From: an uncultured Acidobacteriaceae bacterium
GTDB taxonomy: Bacteria; Acidobacteriota; Terriglobia; Bryobacterales; Bryobacteraceae
Direction of reading: 5' to 3'
DNA: 64,000 nucleotides
Assembly (NCBI GenBank): GCA_963730775.1
Contig: CAVSTI010000029.1
Coordinates: forward strand, 583,265-647,264
In this document: positions 20,825 to 32,106 of the stretch, one piece after another
Layout of the letters: every line of letters begins with the position of its first letter
How positions within the stretch are numbered: position 1 is the stretch's first letter
Notes under the pieces: model-generated
The model's database searches: none
What the model saw: the letters and a program-made list of their open reading frames with translations, nothing else
Told to the model about the DNA's origin: nothing
Position numbers and translations under genes: made by a program

Positions 20825-23228
20825 TCAGCGATCGATAGGCGCGGAGAGAGCGCCGCGGCCATCCGAAGTGAGCAGGCTGATGACTTTTCGCTGTTTACCG
20901 CCGTGCGCGAGTTCAAACACAAGCTTGCCGTCACTCTGACTGGCCGCATCGCCGATCCAGTCGTTTTCGCCATCGGACGCCTGCACCTTGGGGAACCGCA
21001 AATCGGGCCATCCATCGGCAAACGAAAATTCAAACATGCCTGAAACTTTGTCGAACGACTCGTCACCTTCAAGCGCGACGTTTGTACCAACAAAGTCACC
21101 CGATGCCTGCAAATTGCGTATTCCCTCGTCCCCTGTTCCTTTTGTCTGGAACGTTCCTTGCGCGTCTATCAGCCCTCCGCGCCAGGGGAAAGCCGTGACG
21201 CTCCCTTTGAAATCGAACTGGGGCACGTAAGACGCCAGGCTGATCTTTCCTTCCGTTTGCAATCTGCCCTCGGGCATCTTGACCTGTAAAGACAAGACAT
21301 CGAGCGTAGTTCCCTGCCACAGAAAGCGGGCTGACAACCGCCCCACGGGCGCATCACTCACGACGAACTTGTTGATGGTGAGATCGCCTTCGAGATTTCG
21401 GCTTGCGAGCCAAGTCGGAATGCTGCGTCGCGTTACGCCGAGCCGGGTTAGCCAGCTTTTCGGCTCGAGTGTCGGCCCAAGCATTGCTTCCAGGTCTTCC
21501 ATTTTCGCCGAAGCCAGTTCCAGGTGAAGCCGCTCCGGCCTCTTCGCACCAACTACGTACCGGTATGAACCCTTGAGATTCGCTGACCCTATGGATGTTG
21601 AGAGATGTCCGATTTCCATCCCGCTCTGGTCAAACGTAATCCGGGCTTCTACGTCTTGGAGGGGCGAAACGATGCCCGGGAAGGTGACGAGCCCCTCGTC
21701 CAGCCGGAAGTTCCCCGACCAGACACCCTCATCGTTATCTTCCACTCGGCGATACTGCACGGCGCCCGAAACCGATCCGTCCTGCACGGCTTCCAAAACC
21801 GGCGGGTCGCCTACCCACGCATGCAAAACCTCTTTCAGGTCCTGCACCGGGTAGCGCTGCGCGCTTAAAGCGAGGTCAGCCTGACGTTCTGAAAAGTGTA
21901 AGTCTCCCGCTGCCGTTAACACGCCGTTCGCGGTCTCCAGGCGCGCCGGGTCAAAACGGATAGCGCCGTCCGAGATGGTGGCTGTGACCTTCTCCGCCCG
22001 CAGAGGAAGCACGCCCGGCAAGGTCGCCACCAGATCTTCCATCTGGATATGACCATTCAGGCCCGCACCCCCGACATAATCCACCACGCCACCCAGCGTT
22101 CCTTCAACCTTTAGCGACTCGGGAAGACTGAGGCCCATACGACTGCTGATCGGCAACACGTCGCGCACCGGAATCTTGTCCAGGTGCGCATTCACTGACC
22201 ACTTCGGACTCTTCAAGAGATCGCGGACCGTCATCTCGAGCACCACAGGGCTAAGCGTGCTCGGCGGAGGAGGAAAATTTCGTAACCGGAGTTCGCTCGC
22301 AATCAGATTGGCAGTGCCGCCATAAAGAATCCGCCAGTCGTTGCTACTGTTTTCCGGAAGAAGATCCCAGCGGCGCACATCTGTGGCCTTCAACTCTCCT
22401 CGAATCGAGAGCGCATTCAGCGGCCCCCCGATCCGCGCGTGCGTGCTGACGGTCCCGTGAACACCTACATCGTGCCCCTCAACTAAAGTGGTGAGCTCCC
22501 CGAGATTGCTCGGGTCCAGGTAGACGTCGCCATCCAGTGCGTTGACGCCGGCGCTTCCGCCATTTGTATACCAGTTCAGCGCTCCCCGAAGATAAGCAAA
22601 GCCATGGCCGGCGCGATCCGTCCGCGCGGGATAGCCCGAAAACTGCACCGACAGTTTTCCCGATTGAGCAGGGTAAATACTCAGATCTGAATCTAATATG
22701 TAGAGAGTCGTTTTCCGGGTCTCAAATTTGAAATCGATGCGGCCACCCGAGACGACGAATACCGGGAAGAAGTTGAGCGGCATTCGCCTGGGGTGCCGTG
22801 AGACGCTGCACCAGTTCCACCGCATTCCAGGTCTCATCACTTCGCTTCACAAGATTCAGCGATGGGTCAATCAGGCGAAAGCTCGAGAACCGAATCTCAC
22901 CGAGCAAGAGCTTGTCCAGCCGAATTCTGGCCTGTAAGGTGGGTACGAACGCAAACGGCTCGAGTCCGAAACGCGGATCTTCGCCGATCGTCACGTTGTC
23001 CAGAGAGAATCCAAGGCCCGAAAAGACCGTGAAATGAACTTCTTCGAAATCGACTTTCCTGCCGAGAGTCGATTCCAACGTTTCTTTGATCTGCCCGCCA
23101 AATCTGGACCCATCCAAGAAAGGCGCGATCACTCCCAAAAGCACGAAGGCCCCGAGCACGGTGAGGATCGCCGCTAGCGCGCGACGGCGGCTCAGCTTGA
23201 GTTTACGGATGAGTGTCGAGTGAAGCAA
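20825..23228 (-). CDS. AsmA-family outer-membrane biogenesis protein; one frameshift near 22765-22775
   Basis: The N-terminal piece (22722-23228) has a TM anchor plus GRKVDFEEVHFTVFSGLGFSLDNVTIGEDPRFG...LLLGEIRFSSFRLIDPSLNLVKRSDETWN, typical of AsmA N-termini. The text continues as FPVFVVSGGRIDFKF... in ORF 20825-22840. Confidence 0.65.
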
Positions 23229-23332
23229 GACAGGAAGTCATCTCGTTAGGTGGACGTGCCCCGATTATACCGTCGTTCACGACCGGCAGTGAATACCGTC
23301 CTCGCTCGTGACCCTTTCTCCTCAACGCTTTT

Positions 23333-24001
23333 ATGGTCACGCGTGCGAGGATCAAGGAAATGAAGTCTGCCTACGGATTAGAGATCCCCGAAACGCTTCG
23401 AGAACTCGTAAATCCCAAACAGTGCGCGTTGATCGTGTACGACATGCAGGTTGGCATCCTGCAACAACTCCAGGATGGGGCTACGATCACGGCGCGAGTG
23501 AAGCGGGTTTTGGATGTTGCCCGTGCGGCCGGCATGCGTGTGTTTTATACCCGGCACTTGTCGCTGCCGAAGCAGCTAATGGGAGCGTTCCAACTCCGCC
23601 AGGCGATGGCGTGGCAGCGGGTTGATGATCCGGATAAAGTGCAGCCTTGGTTTCTGCGTGATAGCCCTTCGTTTCAGATTGTAAATGAACTCGGGGTACT
23701 GCCTGGGGAAGCGGTGTTTGACAAGTTGTCGATGTCCGCGTTCGAAGGGACGCCGCTGAATTTCGCGCTGCGAGACTCCGGCATCCAGCGGTTCATCATG
23801 GTTGGAGTAGCGACGGAGATCGGGATCGACATCACGTGCCGCCATGGCGCGGACCTCGGACTTGTTCCGATCCTTGTTCGCGACGCGTGTGGATCCGGGA
23901 ACTCGGAAGCAGCTGACCGTGCACTCCAGACACTGGAGTTTCTGGGAGACACTGTGCTCACGGACATAGAAAAGGTGAGCGCGGCCTTGAGTTCGCTCTA
24001 G
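23333..24001 (+). CDS. Isochorismatase-family cysteine hydrolase
   Basis: CALIVYDMQVG, FDKLSMSAFEGTPL and MVGVATEIGIDITCRHGADLG match isochorismatase-like hydrolase blocks. Confidence 0.8.
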   Translation: MVTRARIKEMKSAYGLEIPETLRELVNPKQCALIVYDMQVGILQQLQDGATITARVKRVLDVARAAGMRVFYTRHLSLPKQLMGAFQLRQAMAWQRVDDPDKVQPWFLRDSPSFQIVNELGVLPGEAVFDKLSMSAFEGTPLNFALRDSGIQRFIMVGVATEIGIDITCRHGADLGLVPILVRDACGSGNSEAADRALQTLEFLGDTVLTDIEKVSAALSSL

Positions 24002-24064
24002 GTACCCGGAGTAAAGCGCATACCTGGCTATAGGCGGGACGTCTTCCCATGTTATTCTCGGCGC

Positions 24065-24742
24065 GTGAGTGCGACAAACCCGAATGGGATCGCGACGATC
24101 TTCGATCTCGATGGCGTCTTGGTTCATTCCATGCCCCTCCACACGCTTGCTTGGGAACGCTATCTTGAAGGGCTGGGCGTTACCGTTGAGGATCTTGAGG
24201 CCCGCATGCACGGCAAGCGCAACCCTGAACTCGTACGGGAGTTTTTGGATCCTAACGCCAGCGACGATATAGCCATCGAACATGGAGCCGCCAAAGAGCG
24301 ACTGTTTCGAGAATTGATGCACGAGGCCGGCTTCGAGCAATTCGAAATTCCGGGTCTCATCGACTTTCTCGAGCGCTATCAGGACGTACCAAAGGCGATC
24401 GGATCGAACGCCGAGCCCACCAACATCGACTTCACACTCGATAACTTCAACCTCCGCCGCTTTTTCAAAGTGACAGTGAACGGGATGCAAGTCGAACGGC
24501 CGAAGCCTTTCCCCGACATTTATCTGAAAGCGGCTGAGCTACTCGGCAAGAGGCCGGAAGAATGCATCGTCTTCGAGGATTCGCCTCCTGGAGCCACTGC
24601 AGGCATTGCAGCCGGTATGCGAGTCGTTGGCGTGGAAACGACACCCACCCAGTTCCAAGGCGTTTCCCTCGTCATTCGAGACTTCACCGATCCGGCGCTG
24701 GAACCGTGGCTCCAGGCCCAGTTCGCGCAGGAGCCCGCTTAG
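24065..24742 (+). CDS. HAD-superfamily hydrolase (beta-phosphoglucomutase-like subfamily IA)
   Basis: Motif I is IFDLDGVLVHS. PKPFPDIYLKAAELLG and the C-terminal VFEDSPPGATAGIAAGMRVVGV are also present. Confidence 0.85.
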   Translation: MSATNPNGIATIFDLDGVLVHSMPLHTLAWERYLEGLGVTVEDLEARMHGKRNPELVREFLDPNASDDIAIEHGAAKERLFRELMHEAGFEQFEIPGLIDFLERYQDVPKAIGSNAEPTNIDFTLDNFNLRRFFKVTVNGMQVERPKPFPDIYLKAAELLGKRPEECIVFEDSPPGATAGIAAGMRVVGVETTPTQFQGVSLVIRDFTDPALEPWLQAQFAQEPA

Positions 24743-24758
24743 ACCGTTTGCGCTCCCG

Positions 24759-25325
24759 CTATTTGCGCTCAGCCTCCTCGGATGCGAGCCAAACGTGAAG
24801 TTCCGAAGCGGGGCCCAAGGTCGAGACCCTCTCTTCTAAGGCCACGTGATTGCCCCAAATTACTTGGGTGCTATCGCGTCCAATAGCTTCGATACGAGTA
24901 CACCCAAGAACGTCGTTGCGCTCCACATAGAATCCGTAGGCACGACAAGCAACGGGTCGCGCTTCGTACACCAGGCACGCGCCCGAACTCGTGTCGAGCA
25001 TAGGGCAAACGATCGGACGCGACAGGAGAGCAGAGTCTTGAATCCGTTTGCGGATGACATCGAGCGTGTCTTTCGGCAGCGACTCCATTGCCTCTGCAAT
25101 GGCGCGCCATTCCGGCTCTGTCACTGTCGGCACCGATGCCAGTCGCCTGCAACAGTCGTCGCAGCCTTTCCGACAAGGCCAGCTTCCGTGACTCGCTTCG
25201 ATGTCCTCGACACGCAATCTGACGTCGTCCTGGATCACATGTAGCTGACTGGTGCTCATACCAACTATTTTCGGCTTTCGGAGCACGAAGTAGCCGGAGA
25301 TATCGTTCGGCCTACTGGTGATCAC
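24759..25325 (-). CDS. YkgJ-family cysteine-cluster protein (putative Zn/Fe-chelating domain)
   Basis: The motifs WPCRKGCDDCCRRL, CPML...GACLVYEARPVACRAYG match the CxxCxxCC-type family. The start may instead be the internal Met at 25259. Confidence 0.7.
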   Translation of the reverse strand: MITSRPNDISGYFVLRKPKIVGMSTSQLHVIQDDVRLRVEDIEASHGSWPCRKGCDDCCRRLASVPTVTEPEWRAIAEAMESLPKDTLDVIRKRIQDSALLSRPIVCPMLDTSSGACLVYEARPVACRAYGFYVERNDVLGCTRIEAIGRDSTQVIWGNHVALEERVSTLGPASELHVWLASEEAERK

Positions 25326-25382
25326 CGCCCGACATCCGGCATTATCGGGTCGCCTGTCAGGGCAAACGGGATACCTGAAGCC

Positions 25383-28300
25383 TCAGAGCTGCGCTCGTAC
25401 CGCGGCCCACTTCGACATGAGCGCAGCGTACGCCGTCAACTGCTTCTGACACGCTGCCAGTTGCGACTCTGTCGGCGGCAACTCAGACCCCTGCATGCTC
25501 ATCACAGAGGTCACAAGCCGCCCGCTGATGTTGGCCAGGGTTGCCGGCGTGGACGGAGTGCTCGATCCGGGGTCCGAACGCGGCCTCCGATTCACTACCG
25601 TTTGCTTTCGTGTCCGCAGCAGGGACTAATTGCTTCAGCTTTTCAAGCAACGACTGTGACGGGCCGAATGAAGGATTCGCTCCTGGAGTTTCGCGATAGC
25701 GGCCTCCGCCTCCGAACGTGCTTTCGACGCTTTTCGCACCGCATCTTCAACCTGCTTCGTCAACGCAAAGATCTGTTCCACTTGGGGACTTACTTTGACG
25801 CGCGGATCTAACAGGAGCAGAAGCGGCTTCGACTGCACTTGACCATCCGCAGTAAGACGGACCGAATAGCTGCCGGGCGGCGCCCAAGGCGCGTCGATCT
25901 CGGGCGCAGTTCGATGCGGCACCGCACCGCCTTCGTCATCTCCTCCGCGCCGGCCTCCGACCGTCCCAGGCACAGGATCATAGTGCATGTCCCACAAGAA
26001 TCGGTGCATACCGGCAGAGGTCTGCAAAACCCGGGGAGGCGCTGGCCAGTAAAGCGGGAGCGCGCAATCGGGAGCACTGGGATTCTGCTGGCAAATCTTG
26101 TTGTAAGCTTCTGGATCGGTCGCCGGGTGAGGGCTCGGCGGCGCGTTCGCACTCGTGTAAGTGCGAATTACGTTTTGTTGAGCGTCCAGTATTTCCAACT
26201 TGAGCTCACTTGCTGCAGATGGCAGATAGAAATCGAGCACTGCCCCGTTTGGGGGATTCTCGCCCGCCGGCAACTCTGGCGGCCAAGGTGTCGGGTCATT
26301 CGTATCAAAACGAACTCGCACCGCATTGGCAGGTTTATAAAGGTACGCTTTTTGCGCTGCTGCGGCTTCAGCAGCCTCGCGCAGAGGCGTCACATCGTCG
26401 AGGATCCAAAACCCTCGGCCGTGCGTACCCGCAATCAGGTCGGAGTTGAACTTGTCATCTTTGATCTGGATATCGCGAACCGAAATCGGCGGCATGTCGA
26501 GCCGGAGAGAACTCCAGTGGTCGCCATCATCAATCGATACCCAAACCTGTGTATCTGTGGACGCGTACAGCAATCCCTTCTTACGCGGATCCTCACGGAT
26601 CGAGTTAGTCACCGCGCCCGGGGCAATTCCATTGTTGATCTCGGTCCAGGTCTTGCCTCCATCGTGTGTGCGCCACAGGTGCGGGTTCATGTCATCGAGC
26701 CGCAGCGTGTTCGCCGCCGCATAGGCCGTTTTCGTATCGAAGTGGCCCGCATCCATATTGAAGATACGCGTCCATGGCCTGATTTCAGGCGGCGTCACGT
26801 TGCTCCACTTCAGTCCGCCATTCGTCGTCACCTGGATCAGTCCGTCGCCGGTTCCGGCCCAAATCACGTTGAGGTCGAGCGGCGAAGGTGCAAGAGCCGT
26901 TACCGTCCCAAGGGGAGCCGGCGTCACTCCGGAAGCGTACTTGCCCGCATTCGCGGGAACTTCCCACGTTTGTCGAGTGAGATCACCGCTGATCGGTTTC
27001 CAAGTGCGCCCTCCGTCTAGGGTCTTCCAGACACCGGAAGTCGCAGCGTACAAGATATTCGGGTCCTTTGGAGACCAGATGATAGGTTGAGTGCGAACCG
27101 TGCGCGCCGGCGGAGCTGATTCGGGAGCTCCCTGGCCCGGTCGCGGTGGTCCGATGTTACTCTTCTGACCCGTAACTCGGTCGTAGACACTTACCTTTCC
27201 GCCATACACCAGGTCCGGGTTCTTTGGGTCGGGAGCTGCCATCCCATACTCTTCAATATCAACCGGATGCCAATCGTGGAAAGTGATTTCGCCGTCCATG
27301 CTGCGGCTTGCGACACAAGCCGAACCTGAATCCTGCTGGCCGCCGCAAAGCCTGTACGGGAATGCATTGTCAGCCGTTACGTGATACATAGCGGCAGTTG
27401 GCTGGTTATACCAGTTACTCCAGGATTGCCCCCGGTTTGCGGAGATCACGCCGCCCTGATCACTGACCACAAGCAAAATGTCAGGATTTTGCGGATTGAT
27501 CCAGGTCTTCTGATAATCATCGCCTCCCGGTGCACCTCGAACCGCAGTCCAGGTTGCCCCGGCGTCTTCCGTTCGCCAAAGAACGGTAGAGCAACTGTAG
27601 ACGACCTCCGCGTTTTTCGGATCAACCGTAATGGTGGGCAAGTCGCCGCCGCCTATTCGAACAAGTGGGCGGGGATCATTCTTCCCGGTAGCAAGCGACC
27701 AACTGGAACCACCATCAGTGCTCTTGTACATGAACGTATTGCCGCCGCGACCGCGAGCGGGAGGGGCGCCCGGTGTGGATGACGGATTTGTAGCTACCGT
27801 GGCGTAGATGGTTTCAGAGCGACTGGGAGCAATCGCGAGGTTCGCCTGAACCACGGCAGGCAATCCATTTGTGAGTTTGTTCCAGGTTGTACCGCCATCG
27901 GTTGACTTGAAAATTCCGCCGCCCTCACCGCCAAAAGATCCGTTCTCATAAAATCCTTGCTGCTGTTGCCACAGAGCGGCATAAACATTGTTGGGATGAG
28001 AAGGGTCGATGCGTACATCGTTGGCGCTTGTGTACTCGTCTTTGTAGAGCACCTTCTCGAAGTGAGCGCCGCCGTCCGTGGAACGGAAAACGCCGCGTTC
28101 AGTGTTAGGGCCGTAAGGATGGCCTAGGACGGCAACAAAGACTCGATTCGGATCACCTGGGTCCACCTCGATGTTCGCGATCATCTGCGAGTCGCGCAAT
28201 CCGAGGGAGGTCCATGTCCGGCCCGCATCTGTCGATTTGTAGACACCGTTTCCAACCGCAAGATCGGGCCGAATGATTCCTGCGCCGGTACCGACGTAAA

Positions 28301-28628
28301 TGACGTTGGGATCGGAAGGAGCTACCGCAATGGCGCCTATTGAACCGGTCGATTGAGCATCGAAGAGCGGGTGCCACGTCGATCCGTAGTCGGTAGAACG
28401 CCACACGCCGCCGTTATCAAAACCGATATAAAACAAATTCGGCTGGCTCGGCACGCCCGATAGAGCACGAGCGCGCCCGGCACGAGTAGGCCCGATTTGC
28501 CGCCAGTGCATTTCGCCGTATAGCTTGGGATCAAGTGTCTGTGCACGGGCGACCCTTGTTAGGGTCGGCCCTAGAAGCAGAAGAAGAACAGTGGTGACGG
28601 CGGAGGCCGTACGTGGGTGGATTGGCAA
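25383..28628 (-). pseudogene. Secreted BNR/Asp-box repeat protein (sortilin/VPS10-like, GH74-like propellers); C-terminal ~80 aa reached only through 2 frame changes
   Basis: At least 10 Asp-box motifs (SxDxGxTW) are present: STDYGSTW, STDAGRTW, STDGGTTW, STDGGSSW, TEDAGATW, TLDGGRTW, THDGGKTW and others. After ...AIAKLQE the text continues in a second frame (PSFGPSQSLLEKLKQLVPAADTK...). It then continues in ORF 25383-25595 (...GSELPPTESQLAACQKQLTAYAALMSKWAAVRAQL). Confidence 0.75.
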
Positions 28629-28635
28629 GGCTTAC

Positions 28636-30207
28636 CTAGTTCGGCAGCGAATCATGGACAAACTTCGTCAGATCCGCGTGATATTTCGTCGCAGACGGTT
28701 GGTCGATATACACCATGTGACCGGACTCATAGTAGCCCTTTTGGATATGAGTCTTCTTGATCTCGTCCGATACCTTCAGATGATTCACCATCCACTCGTT
28801 CGGATAAAAAGGACAGGCGAAATCGTAGTACCCCATTCCAAGGAACAAATGCATGTGCGGATTCTTCGCAAAGGCAGTCTCGAGATTGGTCACAGTATTG
28901 TATTCACCCGACCAGGGCGGCGCATTTCCGGCGACGTAATAGATGTTGTCGTTGTCGTATTTCAGTTCGTCCCGCACATATGCTTCGAACGCCGCCAGGA
29001 AGCAGTTCTCGATATTCGCGTTGCTGTAGTCGAAGCTGGTGTTCGCCGCCCCACCGTCAATCTGATACCCGGCAAAGCGAGAGTCCAGCCGGGAAGTCAT
29101 CATGTGCTGCTCACGAAGTAATTCCGTGCTGAACGGTCCTAGCGGAACCCGAACGTCCATGGAGCTGACATAGGGTTTGGGCAATCCGGTGAGCCGGGCG
29201 AAATTTGTGGCCACCTTTTCCCGTTCCGCCTGAGTCGCGCGATCACCATCGAACAGGTATTCCAGGTATTCACCGGACCCAAATTCCCGCGCCTTATTCG
29301 CAATCTGTTCTACGTTCAATTTCTGTAAGTCCGGCGGCAGCCTCTTATGGTAGTGCGCCGTCATTACTTCCGTCGGAAATGTCGAAAGTTGACGTTGCTC
29401 GCCGGCCGAAGCGTCCGCACTAATGACAGCCGAAAGCAGCATCACACCATTCACAGGAATGTTGTGGTCCGTAAGATAGCCGGACAGCCCTGCCGCACGA
29501 GTGGTACCGTAACTTTCTCCCCCGATGAACAAAGGTGAGCTCCAACGGTCGTATTGGTTCAGGAACATGCGCACGAACTCGCCGAAGGCCGCCAAATCGT
29601 TTTCGACACCACCGAAATCCGTACCATCTTTCGGCTTCTCGGGACGGCTGAAGCCTGTACCCATGGCATCAATGAACACAAGGTCGCCGGTGTCCAGCAG
29701 GCAATTGGGGTTATCGACGTACGTATACGGCGGAGAAGGTGCCAGACCGTTTGGGTCGAGCTTTACCATCTTGGGACCGAAAGCGCCCATGTGCAGCCAA
29801 ATCGTTGCAGCCCCCGGGCCGCCATTGAACAGGAACCATATCGGCCTTTTCGATTTGTCGGAGACGTTGTTCTTCGAGTAGTAAACGTAGAACAAATGTC
29901 CCTGCGTCACACCGCTTGTTGCATGCTTGATCGGCATGAAACCGACGTGCGCAGTGTATGGAATCGTCTCCCCATGCAGCGTGATCGAGTGCTGAGACGT
30001 AATTGGCTGCGCCGGATACTTGACCGGCTCCAGATCCTGACCGGAATACGTATAAGTGAAGCGGTAGAAGTCGTTTGTGTTTGCCGCAGGCCCGCGTCCC
30101 CCTTGCGCAAACAGGGGCAAGCTCATGGCCGCAACCAAGAGTAAAGCGCCCCAAAACCGGTTGAGAGATCTATTACTTCTCATGGAACGAATGCTTGATT
30201 CCGTCAT
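28636..30207 (-). CDS. Peptidase S10 family serine carboxypeptidase, secreted, catalytic triad intact
   Basis: The signal peptide is ...FWGALLLVAAMSLPLFAQ. FNGGPGAA, the nucleophile motif IGGESYGTTRAAG, MGYYDFACPF (Asp) and YYESGHMVYIDQP (His) are all present. Confidence 0.8.
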   Translation of the reverse strand: MTESSIRSMRSNRSLNRFWGALLLVAAMSLPLFAQGGRGPAANTNDFYRFTYTYSGQDLEPVKYPAQPITSQHSITLHGETIPYTAHVGFMPIKHATSGVTQGHLFYVYYSKNNVSDKSKRPIWFLFNGGPGAATIWLHMGAFGPKMVKLDPNGLAPSPPYTYVDNPNCLLDTGDLVFIDAMGTGFSRPEKPKDGTDFGGVENDLAAFGEFVRMFLNQYDRWSSPLFIGGESYGTTRAAGLSGYLTDHNIPVNGVMLLSAVISADASAGEQRQLSTFPTEVMTAHYHKRLPPDLQKLNVEQIANKAREFGSGEYLEYLFDGDRATQAEREKVATNFARLTGLPKPYVSSMDVRVPLGPFSTELLREQHMMTSRLDSRFAGYQIDGGAANTSFDYSNANIENCFLAAFEAYVRDELKYDNDNIYYVAGNAPPWSGEYNTVTNLETAFAKNPHMHLFLGMGYYDFACPFYPNEWMVNHLKVSDEIKKTHIQKGYYESGHMVYIDQPSATKYHADLTKFVHDSLPN

Positions 30208-31959
30208 TTACTTGACCGCCTCCTCTACGAAGCTCGCCAGATCCTGCTGCAGCTTTGCGGACGCTTTGCTATCCATGTAAGCCATTCGGCCGGCGGATTC
30301 ATGGCTCACTCTGATGTTGTGGGCTCGCACCTCAGGCGAAACGTTCAGGTGAGCGAGCGTGTACTCTGTCGCGTAGAAAGGCGCGCCCAGGTCGAATGAA
30401 TTCACGCTCACAAACAACCGCATTTTCGGATTGCCGGCAAACGCCGATGTGATGCTGGTCGCGTCGTTCGCCGTTGATGTGAATGTACCGATGCCGCCGC
30501 TATTCAGATAGAACACGGCATCTTTCGAACCGTTGAAGTTCAGTTCGCGGCGGAGATAAGCCTGGTACGCAGCCGCAAACGGACCGCTGATTTCGTTCAA
30601 GTAGAAGTCCTGCGGAGGTGGCGCGGCATTCAGGGCGTTACGCCCCCCTCCGCCGCCACCGAAACCGAACGCCGGGGCCGGCGGCTGAAACCCGGCGACG
30701 CGGGCGTCAATCTTGGATAGCGCCCGGTGATCATCGCGCATGAGCTCGGCGTTGTAGCGATCTAGACCGATACGCAAATTGTTGCTGATGACAAATTGCT
30801 TCGAAAGACCGGTCATTCGGGCGAGATCGGCAACCACCTTTGCGCGTTCCTCCGCGCCCATCCGGTCTCCCTTATAAAGCGCGTGCAGATATTCGCGCGA
30901 AGCGAGCTGACGGGCCTGCCCTGCAATCTGCTCTTCGCTCATCCCATTCATGTCTGGCGAAAGCTTCTTGTGGTACCACGAAGCAACAACCAGGTTCGGC
31001 AGCATCGTGATGTACTGTGTGTCGCCGGTTACTGCGTCCGGCGAGTTGGCGACCGAAAGCAGTACAATTCCCCGCACGGGAACGGCGTGCTCGTTAAGAT
31101 ACGTTGCCAACCCGGCTACGCGCCCGGTTCCCGCGTCCTCACCAGCCAGGAAAAGCGGGGAGCCCTCGCGGCTATAACGAGCAACGTAGAGGCGAATGAA
31201 CGCGGCCAGCGAGCCGATATCGCCTTGCGTGTTCCAGAAAATCGACCCGCGATTCGCCTGCGCCGGAACACTGTATCCCGTTCCAACCGGATTCACAAAC
31301 ACCAGGTCGCTCTCGCCAAGAACGCTGTTCGGATTCTCGCCCCACCCGCCTTCCGCCTTCATACGCTTAGGGCCGAGACCGCCGAACTCCTGCCACGCTG
31401 GAGAGACGCCCGGGGCACCGCCCAGGAAGAACATAAGCGGGCGGCGCGAGTCTTCGCTTTCGCCCTCTTTCACATACGAAGTGAAGAAGAGATGCGCTTC
31501 GGGAAGCCCTGTGGTGGCGTTCGGCAAAGGCAGGAAGCCGGCCGTCGCCGTGTAGGCGAGTGGCTGTCCATGCCAGGTAATCTTCCCGTGTGTCTCGACA
31601 GGCGGCGCATCGAACTTCTGCCCGGCGCGAACTTGACCTGCATTGGGGTCAAAATCGTAAAACGTGTCGGGAGCTGGCGGTGCACCCTGACCACCGCGGC
31701 CGCCTGCGGCGGTACGTCCTGCTTCGCCTGGTGGAGGCGTAGCCGGCGGGGCGGCCACTTGCGGCGCACCCGGCTGCGAGTTGGTCTGCGGAGCCGCTGC
31801 TTGCGTGGCGTTCTGCCCGGCTGACTGTGGTCCTCCTGGGTTGCCGCGCCGGTTCGCTCCGGCTTGTCCAAACAGGGTTGACGAGCCGCCTAATAAGACG
31901 GCTAACAGGATCATTCCACTCGATACACGTCGGGATTGCATTCTGAAAGTTAAATTCAC
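30208..31959 (-). CDS. S10 carboxypeptidase paralogue lacking catalytic Ser and His (predicted pseudo-peptidase), with Pro/Ala/Gly/Gln-rich N-terminal linker
   Basis: It is colinear with the downstream paralogue, but the nucleophile motif reads LAGEDAGTGRVAG (Ser to Asp) and the His motif reads HESAGRMAYMD (no His). The Asp block FDLGAPF is retained. Its stop codon (30208-30210) abuts the next gene's ATG (30205-30207). Confidence 0.7.
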   Translation of the reverse strand: MNLTFRMQSRRVSSGMILLAVLLGGSSTLFGQAGANRRGNPGGPQSAGQNATQAAAPQTNSQPGAPQVAAPPATPPPGEAGRTAAGGRGGQGAPPAPDTFYDFDPNAGQVRAGQKFDAPPVETHGKITWHGQPLAYTATAGFLPLPNATTGLPEAHLFFTSYVKEGESEDSRRPLMFFLGGAPGVSPAWQEFGGLGPKRMKAEGGWGENPNSVLGESDLVFVNPVGTGYSVPAQANRGSIFWNTQGDIGSLAAFIRLYVARYSREGSPLFLAGEDAGTGRVAGLATYLNEHAVPVRGIVLLSVANSPDAVTGDTQYITMLPNLVVASWYHKKLSPDMNGMSEEQIAGQARQLASREYLHALYKGDRMGAEERAKVVADLARMTGLSKQFVISNNLRIGLDRYNAELMRDDHRALSKIDARVAGFQPPAPAFGFGGGGGGRNALNAAPPPQDFYLNEISGPFAAAYQAYLRRELNFNGSKDAVFYLNSGGIGTFTSTANDATSITSAFAGNPKMRLFVSVNSFDLGAPFYATEYTLAHLNVSPEVRAHNIRVSHESAGRMAYMDSKASAKLQQDLASFVEEAVK

Positions 31960-32106
31960 TCCTGGTCCGGGGAAATAGGCTACCTTACAGCGTTACGCGA
32001 CGCCCGGGCACGTGCCAGAGGCCCTGTTTTCCGGATCTTGTAATGGTGCAATATTTAGCGACGACGTTACACCACGACTCGCATTTGAGCAACGTTGAGA
32101 AACCTC

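Noticed and set aside
23576-24490. 304-aa minus-strand ORF spanning the isochorismatase/HAD gene pair
   Set aside because: It runs straight through the intergenic gap of two well-supported plus-strand genes and has no family resemblance, so I treat it as spurious. The same reasoning applies to the antisense ORFs 25839-27020, 30796-31824, 43798-44595 and 49722-50630.
30208-31959. Loss of catalytic Ser/His in the S10 paralogue as a by-product of the sequence errors
   Set aside because: I rejected this artefact explanation. The frame is intact across 583 codons, and the changes are substitutions within otherwise alignable motifs (GESYG to GEDAG), not indels. The observation is therefore kept as a finding.
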